Below, piece after piece: positions 40,870 to 51,600 of a DNA stretch of 64,000 nucleotides. Positions within the stretch are counted from its first letter, which is position 1. Each line of letters begins with the position of its first letter. The stretch covers positions 512,001 through 576,000 of the forward strand of contig JBJOMY010000001.1 in NCBI GenBank assembly GCA_046052125.1, read 5' to 3'. Below the pieces are notes generated by a model that ran no database searches, was not told the DNA's origin, and worked only from the letters and a program-made list of their open reading frames with translations. The stretch comes from Cyanobacteriota bacterium (GTDB lineage Bacteria > Cyanobacteriota > Cyanobacteriia > PCC-6307 > Cyanobiaceae). A program made the position numbers and the translations under genes.

Positions 40870-41378
40870 ATGGACATCACCCCCCACATCTCCGATCTGG
40901 CCGCCAGCCGCGAGCAGGTGCACGACCTGATGGCCGAGACCACCACTGTGACCTGCTTTGGCAGCCGGGCGCTGCTGTCGCTGTTTGTTTGCGCGGCTCC
41001 GTTTCCGCAGAGCGTGGTGGCGGCAGTCACCACCGAGGCCGAAGGGCTAGATCGGGTGAAGCAGCATCGGCCGGCCTTCCTCTTCGCCACCGAGCAGCTG
41101 GAAAGCGGCAACGGACTCTCCCTCGTTCGCCAGGCCCACCGAGAGCTCCCGGAACTGCGCACGCTGCTGATCCTGCAAAGCGCATCGCCGCAACTGCTGC
41201 AGGAAGCGCTGGAGGCTGGCTGCAATGGCGTGGTGGTGGAGAGCCATCTAGCTCAGGGAGCGATGGTGGATGCGATTCGCGCCGTGGTGGGTGGCGGGAT
41301 CTACGCCGATCGTCTCGGCGTGGAGGCGTTACGCGCCACCCGTCGCGGCGAAGCGCCAGAGCCCCTCGAAGCCCTCTC
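40870..41378 (+). pseudogene. NarL/LuxR-type response regulator truncated by IS3 (HTH missing)
   Basis: Atypical receiver followed by AIRAVVGGGIY...EALS linker, then the IS inverted repeat. Confidence 0.72.
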
Positions 41379-41393
41379 TGAGGTGGGTGCCTT

Positions 41394-42330
41394 TTATTGG
41401 ACGGTTCTGGCCCCTGAAATCGTTAACTCCAGACGGAAGGAACAGGGTTCAATTTCAGTGTAGACCTCATGGGGAGTTCTGCCTCCCAGAGAGCTGTGTG
41501 GCCTTACATGGCAATACCTCCAGAGGAATCGGGCCAGACTGATCTCAGCCTTCCAGCCATCGCTATAGGCACGTAGATAGACCTCCTCGTATTTGACCGT
41601 GCGCCACAGCCTCTCCACCAAGATGTTGTCGTAGCAGCGCTTTCTGCCTGACCAGCTGATCTTGATCTTCTCGGACTGCAGCCTGGCCACAAAGTCAGAA
41701 GAGGTGAACTGGCAGCCCTGGTCGGAGTGGAAGATCTCTGGTTTGCGGCCACCCTCCAGCGCCATTTCCAGAGCCTTAAGGCAGAACTCTGTGTCAAGGC
41801 TGTACCGCTTCGCGGAAGCCAAGGGCTACGAGAGCTTCCAGCTGAGCACGTTCCTGGAGAAGAGATCCACGATCGCCACCAGATAGAGGAAACCCTTCTG
41901 CAGCGGGATGTAGGTGATGTCGGTGGCCCAGACCTGATCCACAACCGTGACCAGCCGGAGATCCACCAGACAGGGATAGCGCTCCGATGGATCACCTGGA
42001 ATGGTGGTGCGGGGTTTCTGATAGATCGCCCGTAAACCCATGCGGCGCATAAGGTTTCGTACCCGATCGCGGCTGATCGGTATCCGTTCTCGGGCCAGGT
42101 ACTCCACCATCCGGCGGCTACCGCTGCAGGGATCCTCCAGGTAGAGCGCATCGATCCTGGCCATGATCCGCAGCGTCGATTCACGCACCGATATCGGCCG
42201 GTAATAGAGCGTCGATCTGGGCAGGCCCAACAACGCGCATTGCCTGCTGACGCTGAGCTCAGGGTGGTCGTGATCGACCAACTTGCGCAGTTCACGGGCA
42301 TCAGAGCAGCTGAGATTTTTTTTTGAGCCA
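41394..42330 (-). pseudogene. IS3 transposase OrfB (DDE) with an in-frame 24-nt insertion carrying a TAG
   Basis: WATDITYI, HSDQGCQF, DNILVERLWRTVKYE; both ORF pieces are in the same frame, split by TAG at 41826-41828. Confidence 0.85.
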
Positions 42331-42588
42331 CTCCAGCTCCATCTGCAGCTTTCCGATCTGCTGGAACAGCTCGGCCTCTTTTGCCTGGCCTTCCTCCTTG
42401 TCCTTGCTCTTCTTGCCTCGGGTGAATAGCTCACTGGCGCCATCGAGAAGCTGCCGCTTCCACTGGCTCACTTGGATTGGGTGGATGGCGTGGTCAGCGG
42501 CGATCTCCTGAATCGTCTTGCGGCAACTGATCGCCTCCATGGCGACACGGGCCTTGAACTCAGGACTGTGGGTGCGGCGCTTGCTCAT
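42301..42588 (-). CDS. IS3 transposase OrfA
   Basis: MSKRRTHSPEFKARVAMEA...QVSQWKRQLL...LEWLKKK. Confidence 0.9.
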   Translation of the reverse strand: MSKRRTHSPEFKARVAMEAISCRKTIQEIAADHAIHPIQVSQWKRQLLDGASELFTRGKKSKDKEEGQAKEAELFQQIGKLQMELEWLKKKSQLL

Positions 42589-42763
42589 TGGTGGGAGCCC
42601 CGATCAGGGGCGGTACCCCGCCTCAGAGGTTAACGATGGGGCCTGTCCAGAAAAACCAGTCCACCTCAGAGAACCAACAGCTCACACCTGGAACGTTCGG
42701 CCCCAGGTGCCAACGCCAGCAGCTTCGACTAACGACTGCCATTGGAATGTTGATTAACCCATG

Positions 42764-42790
42764 ACCCTCGGGCTCAGCTCGGGGGTTTTT
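42764..42790 (+). terminator. intrinsic terminator-like hairpin
   Basis: ACCCTCGGGC-TCA-GCTCGGGGGT followed by T-run. Confidence 0.55.
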
Positions 42791-42909
42791 GGTGTACGCG
42801 CTGATTGACTGGAAGGATCATGGGTTGCTCTCGCTGAACCCATCAGACCCGCCAGGATCACGGGGCCGGCACAACGTTCGCCGTTGCGCTCGGCCACGCG
42901 AGCCAGTGG

Positions 42910-43644
42910 TTATTGGAAGAGAGCATTCAGCAGGTTGCCCAGAGCATTGCCTACAGCGGCGTCGCGATTGCTGGTGCTATTGCGGTTGGAGTTCTCCTGG
43001 GTAGCCACCAGCTTGTAGTCGCCAAAGCGGAAGATGCCGGTGTTGCCGTGATCGATGAAGGTCACGGGCCAGGTGCCACCAAAACCATCGCGGATCTGGA
43101 ACTGCCCGCCCAGCTGCTGGAACACGTAGTTGGTTCCGTTTTGCAGCTGCACCTCATAGCGGCTTTGTCCGCCCTGCATCACCTGCTTGAGCAAACAGGG
43201 GCCGTCGTAGACGCGTTGGCTAGCGCGGCTGAGGCTGCACAGCCCCGTATCGCGTGCCACCTGGGCTTGGCCAGGGCGAAGGTTGCCGCCACTGCCGGCG
43301 CCGAAGAGTTGCTGGGTGAGGCCGGGTGCCACGCGGCTCTGGCTCCAGCCGTCGTTCCAGCAGGTACGCCGGGCCACGCTGCAAGCCTGGCCGGTGCTGA
43401 GGCGGAAATCGCGGCTGTCGCTATTGCTCAGCTGCTTACTCAGATGATTCCCAGCCTTCTTGCCGTAGACGTCGGTGGTGATGCCGATCGAGGGGCCGAA
43501 GCTGTCGTAGCAGGTTTGGCCGACGGAATCGCACACCACGCCCGCACGGGGGTACATCAGCCCTGCGGGTTGCGCCATGGCAACTTGCGTGAGGGCAAGC
43601 GGCAGTGCTGCTGCAACCGTTGCCGCCAGAGGGGAGAGCCGCAT
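42910..43644 (-). CDS. YcgJ-like (Fels-1 prophage protein-like) exported protein
   Basis: Signal peptide; PRAGVVCD...CYDSFGPSIGIT...FRLSTGQACS...C. Confidence 0.6.
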   Translation of the reverse strand: MRLSPLAATVAAALPLALTQVAMAQPAGLMYPRAGVVCDSVGQTCYDSFGPSIGITTDVYGKKAGNHLSKQLSNSDSRDFRLSTGQACSVARRTCWNDGWSQSRVAPGLTQQLFGAGSGGNLRPGQAQVARDTGLCSLSRASQRVYDGPCLLKQVMQGGQSRYEVQLQNGTNYVFQQLGGQFQIRDGFGGTWPVTFIDHGNTGIFRFGDYKLVATQENSNRNSTSNRDAAVGNALGNLLNALFQ

Positions 43645-44101
43645 CCAGATCAAGGGTCAGATTGTTAGAGAAGCCTAAGGATGAGAGTCAGCCCCGCAGG
43701 GGTTTGTGACCTCTCTTAGCTTTGCTGACAACATGAATGCAGCCGGGGGATGTCATGGCTTGCACGGTTGATTGGGTCGTAGAATAACAATAGTTGGCCA
43801 TGACAATGTTTCACTAATGTCGTGTTCGAGTATGGCGAAGACTGGGCCGGTGAATCCATTTGCGACCTCCTGGTTGTGAGCGGAACGAATCCCACAAGTC
43901 AATAACAGCTTATTGGAAACTTGAGAGATAGATTTTAGGCGGGCTTGTTGGGATGATGTTGAGATGAGCCGAAGGTGCTGTTTTGACTAGGTGTGTTCGC
44001 AGTCGAAGACGCTCGCTAAATAGGACGCGGAGTAAGCACAGGTTTCGCATTGCTTTTCTCGCAGCATCATATGCATATCTTAAATATTATCGAAGGTTGA
44101 C

Positions 44102-44563
44102 TTAGCTTGAGGATGACTGGCGCTCTTTTTCCATTAAAGAGAGGCACTTTGTTGCCAGTTCCAGTGTTAGCCGCAACTGATCAGAGTTGGCGTCGGTAGA
44201 TTCGGGAGAGTCTCCAGGGACAGGCCGCTTAAAAAGAACAAACTCATGAGGGCCAGCCCGATCAATGCCAATGAGCTCCCAGCCATCATGTCCTTGTGTA
44301 TTGAGGAAATGTTGAAGCTGAAAGGCGGGATCATTTTGTTGTGCGGCAATCTGTGCAGCACGGATCTCGGCTTCGGTTGGCTGGTAGAAGTTTGGAAATT
44401 CTTCCTTGAGATACGAGTCGCTGAATGGCTTCTGAGATCTTTGTGGCTGCTCACGTGTGTCCGTTTGGTCCGTAGCGCCAGCAGCCGGGGTGGGTTGAGG
44501 TTCTACAGGATCAATGTTGAGTCTTACAACTTGATATTCCCAGCGAGGCGAGTGCTTGGTCAT
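44102..44563 (-). CDS. DUF4177-like protein
   Basis: RWEYQVV...LNTQGHDGWELIG...LFKRP, with an insertion. Confidence 0.6.
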   Translation of the reverse strand: MTKHSPRWEYQVVRLNIDPVEPQPTPAAGATDQTDTREQPQRSQKPFSDSYLKEEFPNFYQPTEAEIRAAQIAAQQNDPAFQLQHFLNTQGHDGWELIGIDRAGPHEFVLFKRPVPGDSPESTDANSDQLRLTLELATKCLSLMEKERQSSSS

Positions 44564-44698
44564 CGCTTAGCTTCGTATATTTCGGGAATACTAGCAACAC
44601 CGAAAACAGCGCATTGGGCCATCGATTGTCAACAAATACCAAGGCTAGGCGCTAGCCGTGGGCTGTGGCGCTAGAATTGTGATAAGATTGCAGTAGAC

Positions 44699-45460
44699 AT
44701 GAAACTCGTTCGTCTCCTTTTGGGATCCTTCCTTGCTGCGGGAACCCAGCTTCACTCCCCTTCTTGGGCATCAGACGCTGCAGATGTGAAACAGATTTTG
44801 TCAAATATTCCCGTCTTTGTTCCTGTGACTCCAGATGGGAAAATCAAGCAGCTCAAACGAGAGGTTAATAAGAAAGGCGTCGATGTCGTGTTTGCTGCCA
44901 TGTCGCCTACCGCAGCATCACTACTCGTTGATCAAGTTATCCGTCCTGCTGAAGGAAAGGGCGCAAACGACATCACATTGACTGTGATGCCAATTACGCA
45001 GTTTAGGGAGTCTTTTGCTGCCATCAAGGCTGAGGCTATTGGTCCAGTCGAAATGGCCTACGTTCCAGATCCGATGCAGGAAGGCCCGGCGGTCAGCCTG
45101 ATGACTTCACAGGGTGTGAAAAGAGATGTCGCGGTGAATATCGCGCGCTCTCAACCCATCTTCTTCTGCCCGGAGCCACTCCTCACCGTGACGCAGAAGG
45201 TTGCCAATCAAGACCGCACATTTTCACCTTGCGGACAAGATTATGTGCAGATGTCTCTTCTAGTGCTTGGCTCTAATATCAAAGGGAGCAGGCCGGGCCT
45301 GCAAGCTGTCCCGCTTGCTGCACTTGAGGAATCCCTTTTATCTCAACCGGCTGAAAAGATCAAGAGCGTCCTTTTGCTCCCCTCTGCGGCGACCGAACAA
45401 GCCCTTCAGAACAACAGCAAGGGCAACGGTGGCGACGGCCGAGGCTCGACCAAAAAATAA
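44699..45460 (+). CDS. Tic22-like periplasmic protein
   Basis: Signal peptide; LSNIPVFVPVTPDG; YVPD...AVSLMTSQG...PIFF; LQAVPL..L...L. Confidence 0.62.
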   Translation: MKLVRLLLGSFLAAGTQLHSPSWASDAADVKQILSNIPVFVPVTPDGKIKQLKREVNKKGVDVVFAAMSPTAASLLVDQVIRPAEGKGANDITLTVMPITQFRESFAAIKAEAIGPVEMAYVPDPMQEGPAVSLMTSQGVKRDVAVNIARSQPIFFCPEPLLTVTQKVANQDRTFSPCGQDYVQMSLLVLGSNIKGSRPGLQAVPLAALEESLLSQPAEKIKSVLLLPSAATEQALQNNSKGNGGDGRGSTKK

Positions 45461-45531
45461 TAATTCCTCAATGGCATCTCTTGCCAAAAACGGAGTGCCT
45501 GCTTCAATGGACCTAGCTTGCATCCGCCTCA

Positions 45532-45936
45532 ATGTTCCTTAATCGCGAAAAGCGGCTGGCTAGACGCCAGTTCAGGGATTTTGTCCGTTGGCTCGCGGAT
45601 CAAACACAAGAACGGCGGGCCTTTCTGATGGCGCTTTGCTATCGCGAGAGCCAAGTGAGGGATCTCGTAAGTTTTTTTGGCGCCCTCAGCAAGGAGCAGC
45701 AATATGATTCGTTGATTCGGCTTGGCCTCACGCATGAACAAGCTGAGCAAGCCATTGTCAACGGTGAACTTGTTGCAGCAGACCGGCGTCGCTCGGAACA
45801 ACAGTCTTCCCCCACGGAAGATGCATCACAGCTTGATATGTTAAATCACAGCTCTCTGGATGTACCTCCTGAGCTACTGGAACCGCCTAGGCCGTTAAAA
45901 AAGAGAATTGAAATGAGATCTTCTGTAAATCTCTAA
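45532..45936 (+). CDS. hypothetical protein (134 aa)
   Basis: ATG ORF filling the gap between the Tic22-like gene and a convergent gene. Confidence 0.55.
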   Translation: MFLNREKRLARRQFRDFVRWLADQTQERRAFLMALCYRESQVRDLVSFFGALSKEQQYDSLIRLGLTHEQAEQAIVNGELVAADRRRSEQQSSPTEDASQLDMLNHSSLDVPPELLEPPRPLKKRIEMRSSVNL

Positions 45937-45961
45937 AGGCTGATGGATTCAGCTTGTGAGA

Positions 45962-46258
45962 TTAGGAATGATAGGGCTTAACCCCTTTCTCAATGATTTG
46001 AGCTTTAATGGTCTCGTAATAAGTCTGCTGGGCAGCCTGAATTTGGCGCAGACGATATTGAAGCTCCTCGGCCTCATGGTTGAAGCGTAGCAAGTCCTTC
46101 AAAAGAGCTTTAACTTCATCAGGAAGACTTTCGGTGTCGTAGCTAACATCATCAACAGTGATGAGGTTTGCTGGGGCATCAAGTTGAGGTTGGTCAAAAG
46201 ATTGATCAAGCGAAGACTCGGTACGTTTTTTTCGTACCGGTTTAGTTTGCTCTGGCAT
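45962..46258 (-). CDS. small coiled-coil protein, DUF6447-like
   Basis: ITVDDVSYDTESLPDEVKALL followed by a heptad helix; paralog of 48111-48398; starts 13 nt after tpsB. Confidence 0.65.
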   Translation of the reverse strand: MPEQTKPVRKKRTESSLDQSFDQPQLDAPANLITVDDVSYDTESLPDEVKALLKDLLRFNHEAEELQYRLRQIQAAQQTYYETIKAQIIEKGVKPYHS

Positions 46259-46271
46259 TTGGCGAAAAGAG

Positions 46272-48077
46272 TTAGAAACTTAAGGTAACTCTAAAGAATC
46301 CGTTACCGTTGGAGAAGCCTGTAGAAGCGGCTTGTGTATCACTACTGAATGGTACACCATAGCCAGCGTCGGCGCTTAACCATCCACTGCTAGATGAGAA
46401 GAGCCTGAGGCCCAATCCGGCAGTTGCAACCGATTGAACCCCTGAGAAGCCTGGTTCAGTCTGCTTCAGAGAAACAGACCCTCCATCGACGAAGGCGTAG
46501 GGTTGCAAATAGATATTCTTGATTATATTTGGAAGCATGTACGACAATTCAAGGCTACCTATCACGCCCTGATCGCCAAGAATGGTCACCGATCGATAGC
46601 CCTTACCAAAACTATTGCCACCAAAACCAATCTGCTCCGCAGAGGGTGTTGGCCCCTTAGCAGCTTGGGCCATACCTCGTAGCGACACCTGGAGCATGTT
46701 GTCAGATGTGAGGCTTCGTTGGTATGCCAGGTTAAACTGAGCTGTTGTGAAGTCTAATTGACCGTAGTATGGCTCTGAAGATAAATCTGCAATTTGGATA
46801 TTGTTTACACTTCCCAGCATAGACAGACCTTGGCTGAGCTGAATACTCCCTTGGGATGACCAGTTCTTAGCAACTTTATTAGCTTCTAGCCTAATACGGA
46901 ATGTTCTAAGATTAGTTTCCGTGGAACTCACCTTGACATCGGGAGCCAGGGTGGCATTGGTGCTGTTGAGAAGATCAAGTTGAGCAGTCGTATAAATACT
47001 GGATAAACGATTGAGTTTTAAGGGATATCGGAATGCCCAAGACCCGAAATAACTTTCACCGCCTGTGGTCAGGTCTAAGCCTTGAACCCCTGTGCTGAGT
47101 GGGAAGGAATTGGTCTCGGTGAAGGAAAAACTACCCGAGGTGGTTAGGCCAGATGTACCAAGGGGCAGTGAAGCCGAATAAAACAGAGAAGAAAGACCAT
47201 TATTGACTGGCCATGTATATGAGCCAGACGCTGACATGCCAACAGGTATAGCAAGGACTGGGGTGTCGTAGATGCTTGCTGTGCCACGCACATTTCCAAG
47301 CTGCGACGGCACCCAGTTATCCACACCAAGGGAGGCCTGAAGCTTGTCAGGAATGATCTGCAGAGTGAGAATGCTAGATCCTGTTTCTGATCCAGGACTC
47401 AATACAGAGCCAAGTTTGATACCACCGTTGGCTTCTGCGAGCAGTAGCTGGCGCTCAAGGCGTTGAATCGTTAATGGTCCCCTTGACTGGCCCACGACGG
47501 GTTGCAGGAAAGAAAGGAGCCAGCGCTCCAATGGCCCACCAGGCTGAGTGGCTGTGGTTGATTCAGTGTCGGAGCTACTTTGTGGCTTTTGTTTCTGTTG
47601 AAGCTGGATCGTTTCGATATATCCCTCAAGGATCTGTATCTTGAGCTCACCAGTGGAAATATTCTGCTTGGGAAGCAGGGCAACACTGATGAAATACCCC
47701 TTGGAGCGATAGAGTGCGGTAACCTCCTGGGTGAACTGTTCAATCTCCGCGAACGAAAGCTGCTTATCAATAACTTCAGATGCTAACTTTTGAAGCTCAT
47801 CATTGGACACCTTGGTGTTCCCAAGGAAGATCACCTTCTTGATCAGTACACGCACACCATCATCGGCGCCGGATGTTGGCGGAGCAGATTCAACCTCGGG
47901 AGCAGGCCGTGTTGGAGACAGCTGCGGCTGATTTGGAATAGGCGGTAGATATTCACGCTGCAACACACCAGGATTGAGAACCCCAGGATTGATCTGCGCC
48001 AGGGCAGCGTTGACTGAAAGTGCCAGCACTGAAGCAACAGTGCTGGTGTACAAGAGCTTGTTGGTCACAACCAGCAA
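46272..48077 (-). CDS. TpsB/ShlB/FhaC family outer-membrane transporter
   Basis: POTRA (GNTKVS...YRSKGY...LPKQNI..G.L.I.ILEGYI), LSPGSETGSS.L, FGG..GKGY loop motif, GLGLR, terminal Phe. Confidence 0.92.
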   Translation of the reverse strand: MLVVTNKLLYTSTVASVLALSVNAALAQINPGVLNPGVLQREYLPPIPNQPQLSPTRPAPEVESAPPTSGADDGVRVLIKKVIFLGNTKVSNDELQKLASEVIDKQLSFAEIEQFTQEVTALYRSKGYFISVALLPKQNISTGELKIQILEGYIETIQLQQKQKPQSSSDTESTTATQPGGPLERWLLSFLQPVVGQSRGPLTIQRLERQLLLAEANGGIKLGSVLSPGSETGSSILTLQIIPDKLQASLGVDNWVPSQLGNVRGTASIYDTPVLAIPVGMSASGSYTWPVNNGLSSLFYSASLPLGTSGLTTSGSFSFTETNSFPLSTGVQGLDLTTGGESYFGSWAFRYPLKLNRLSSIYTTAQLDLLNSTNATLAPDVKVSSTETNLRTFRIRLEANKVAKNWSSQGSIQLSQGLSMLGSVNNIQIADLSSEPYYGQLDFTTAQFNLAYQRSLTSDNMLQVSLRGMAQAAKGPTPSAEQIGFGGNSFGKGYRSVTILGDQGVIGSLELSYMLPNIIKNIYLQPYAFVDGGSVSLKQTEPGFSGVQSVATAGLGLRLFSSSSGWLSADAGYGVPFSSDTQAASTGFSNGNGFFRVTLSF

Positions 48078-48110
48078 AAATGCGAATCGTTAAATCAGAG
48101 AAGAGAAACT

Positions 48111-48398
48111 TTAATCCTGATACTCGTTCGATTCCTCAATCCGATATGGCTCGATATTATTGTCTTTAATTTCTTTTTCGATGGTGGCGATGTAAGCCTG
48201 CTGGCTGAGTTGGGCTTGCCTGAGCTTGAACTGCAGCTCATTCACCTCACGCGCAATTCGCATGAGATCGTCGACAAGAATTTTGATAGAGTCGGGTGCC
48301 TCCAACATGTTGTAGGAGCGACCGTCAAGCGTCAGAAGGGGCGGTGTCTGATCTTGGGACTGCTCTTGGGACTGCTCTTGGCTTAGCTCTTGATCCAT
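48111..48398 (-). CDS. small coiled-coil protein, DUF6447-like
   Basis: LTLDGRSYNMLEAPDSIKILV...ELQFKLRQAQ..QQAY; N-terminal SQEQ repeat. Confidence 0.65.
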   Translation of the reverse strand: MDQELSQEQSQEQSQDQTPPLLTLDGRSYNMLEAPDSIKILVDDLMRIAREVNELQFKLRQAQLSQQAYIATIEKEIKDNNIEPYRIEESNEYQD

Positions 48399-48657
48399 GG
48401 CAGAAAAATCTTTTGCAAATAATACCAGTTGACTTTTCATGACGCAACGATTTGAATACCGTCTTGATTCCCTCGCAATCGTCAGTAGCCCTGCCAATAA
48501 CTCAGTCGCAGACCTTAATAATCTTGATGGGGATGAGGCGGCGCTCAGGGCTCGTTGACGACGGATGAAGCGTTGTGCCTGTCCTGGTTATTGCATAATG
48601 CGATGAGTCTTAGGAATATCTGTTATCGGCATGAGTCCAGGTCTGGATTCATGCTGT

Positions 48658-51600
48658 TTACCGGTTCTCGTTGATTTTATCGGCTGTGGCGATACGACCG
48701 AGGCGTGACTTGATTAAACTTGAAATCTTTTCTCTGCCTACAAAGTTATCGAGAACAGCTCTGAGGAAACCCGGAATAACATCTTTCTCTGGCCTCTCGA
48801 CAGATTCGCCAATGGCATCCAGGTCCTGGAGTGGAGTAATGGCTTGCGTTTGCTGATCCCTCGGGGTGCCATCACCTGTGCTTCTAATGTCACCATCAGG
48901 CTCGACGAGAATCACCTCGCTGCTTTTGATAGTGGTTTCAGGTCGAGTCGAAGTTGTGCTGAGTGCTGCATCCGATTCCGATGAATCGCTGGGTTCGGGT
49001 TGTTGGGGCAATCCGGTTTCGTCATTTGATGCAGCCTCTAGAGATTGTGTATTCGTCTGTGATTCCCTGCTCTCGTTTGGTCCCTGCAGCTGGATGCTGC
49101 CATCTGCCGCTATTTCTGCATTGACGTTGAGAGACGGGTAAGCGATCTCTGCAGCGATGCCAATTTGTGATGGATCATACGTGTACTCGCTAATGTTCGG
49201 AACGATCACAAGGGCAATCGTTGACAAGCCCTGCCCAGCAACATCGTTGTCTATGGGTGTGAATGCGGGATTGGTTAGATTGGTGAAAGCGATCGACCCT
49301 TCACCGGTTGAGATCTCAATGGAAATTGGGGTGTTGTAAGTGCTCTGAACGCCGCTGGATAACGTGACGAAGGACTCGATGGACATATCCTGATCGGCTA
49401 TCAAGACCGGCTTACCGCCGGTGTCTGAGACAGGGAGAGGCAGGATAGACGCAGTGGCGCTTGCTTGATCCGTGATCAGGTAATTGAGATAATCAGTACC
49501 TCCATAAGTGGATGTGAGCGTCACTGATTTTGCTGTACCTACGTCCGAATCGCTGAAGGTCCCGGTTGCATCTAACGTGACGTCATCACCAGCGATCATG
49601 CCGCCCGAAACGAGCACTGCATTGGTCACCCCAGCTGTGCTGACGGTGGCATCAGTGGTGCCGTCATAGGTTTTGTCGGCAGCGGTGATGCCGCTGATGG
49701 TGAGCGCTTTCGCCGTGATGGTGGCCGTTAATCCAGTGGTCGGAGCGAGGCTGTAATTGGAGCCAAGACCACCATTGTTGCCATCGGCCAACACATAGGT
49801 GGCTGTTGCTGTTCTTGCACCAACATTTTTGCTATCAAACACACCAGTAGTGCTTGCGAGGTTCACTGTTTGATTGCCCTCAAATCCAGTGAGCGTCCCT
49901 GGCGTGATTGTCGCCGTTGTGGTGCCGTTGTATTCCCTGCCTGCTGCGGTGCTGTTCGTGATCGTCAGCGCCTTCGGTGTGATCGTGGCGTCGTTCAGGC
50001 TGAGGCTTGTTGTATTGAGCTGATAGTCGCTCAGTGCTCCACTGCCACCAGTGATGCTGGCCAGCGCGATACTGGTGAGATTCAGCTGGCTGGCACCCAC
50101 CACGTTGGCATTGTTGTAGGCCGCGCCATAGCTGAGAGTTGCTGAATCACCGCTCACTAAGCCGGAAAGCTGCCAATTAGGCACAAAGCCGGTGCCAGCT
50201 GTTGTGCCGTCGTAGATCTTGCTTGCGCTGGTGTTGTTCAGGGAGGCTGTAACGGGAGCCGCTGTGATCGTCACGGCTGCATTGGTGGCATTCAGCGTGG
50301 GCAACACATAGTTCGTAGCTAAACCGCCGCCGCTGCCATCGGCCAGGGTGATGGCGTTGATGAACTTGCCGGTGGTGGCCACATGAGAATTCGACGCCGT
50401 AGCTCCGCTGTAAGTCAGGGTTTCACCGCTCACGCCGGTTGCAATGGTGACGGCTCCGGCGAGATCCGTGCTGCCGTTGTAGACCTTAGTGGCGGAGAGT
50501 GTGACGGTTTTGGGTGCGATGGTGGCCGCTAACCCCGTGGATTGAGCGAGGCTGTAATTGGAGGCCAATCCACCATTGCTGCCATCGGTCAACACATAGG
50601 TGGCTGTTGCTGTTCTTGCTCCGGCATCTTTGCTATCAAACACACCAGTGGCGGTCGCCAGCGCGACTGTTTCGCTGCCGACAAATCCAGTGATCGTGCC
50701 CGGGGTGATCACCGCCGTTGTGGTGCCGTCGTATTCCCTGCCTGCTGCGGCGCTGTTTGTAATGGTCAGCGCCTTGGGTGTGATCGAGGCTGACAATGCA
50801 TTGATGGACGGATTCGTAGCTAGCTGATAATTGCTGGCACTTGTTCCAGTTAAGGTGAAACCGCTGGCCGTCACCGTTTGCGGTTGAACGCTGCCGCCTG
50901 CGCCGCGCGACACATTCTCACTTGCAAATTGGGCCGAGTAGATTGCAATCGCGAGCTGATCATTTGAGATCCGGCCTGTGAACGTTGCTCCTGATGTATC
51001 GAGTGTGGCCGTATTTGTCCGGTTGTAAACCTTGTCTTGAGCAACCAGCCCACCGATAGCGCTGATGGTGGCGGGTGTGATCGAAGCGCTAAGGCTGAGG
51101 CTGGATGTATTGAGCTGATAGTCGCTCAGTGATCCGCTGCCACCACTGATGCTAGCCAGAGCAAGGCTGCTGAGATTCAGCTGACTGGCACCCACAACAT
51201 TGGCATTGTTATAGGCCGCGCTGTAGTTGATAGTCGCTGAATCACCGGAGGCAAACCCGAGGAGCTGCCAGCTGGGCGTAAAACCAGTGGCTGCTGTAGT
51301 GCCGTCGTAGATTTTGGTCGCGCTGGCGTTCGTGAGTGCGGCGGTAATGGGTGCCGCTGTGATCGTCACGGCGGCATTGGTTGCATTCAGCGTTGGCAAC
51401 ACATAGTTCGTAGCCAACTCACCGCCACTGCCATTAGCCAGGGTGATGGCGCTGATGAACTTGCCGGCAGTGGCTACATGAGAATCCGACGCTGTTGCAC
51501 CGCTGTAGCTAAGGGTTTCACCATTCACCCCGGTTGTGATCGTCACGTCTCCGGTGAGATCCGTGCTGCCGTCGTAGACCTTGCTGGCGGAGAGTGTGAC

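Larger units (their letters stand above)
41379..42668 (-). mobile_element. IS3-family insertion sequence (1290 bp), defective
   Basis: Imperfect terminal IRs TGAGGTGG...CCACCTCA (5'-TG...CA-3'); orfA/orfB; A9 slippery run. Confidence 0.92.

Noticed and set aside
42910..43644. Fels-1/YcgJ-like gene as prophage evidence
   Set aside because: No phage structural, terminase or integrase genes nearby; it looks like an ordinary exported protein
48352..48381. 12-nt tandem repeat (SQEQ)
   Set aside because: In-frame low-complexity N-terminus; no evidence of a switch
48658..49440. TpsA as a CdiA-type contact-dependent toxin
   Set aside because: No VENN/pre-toxin motif or recognisable toxin domain, and the C-terminus is conserved between paralogs rather than polymorphic
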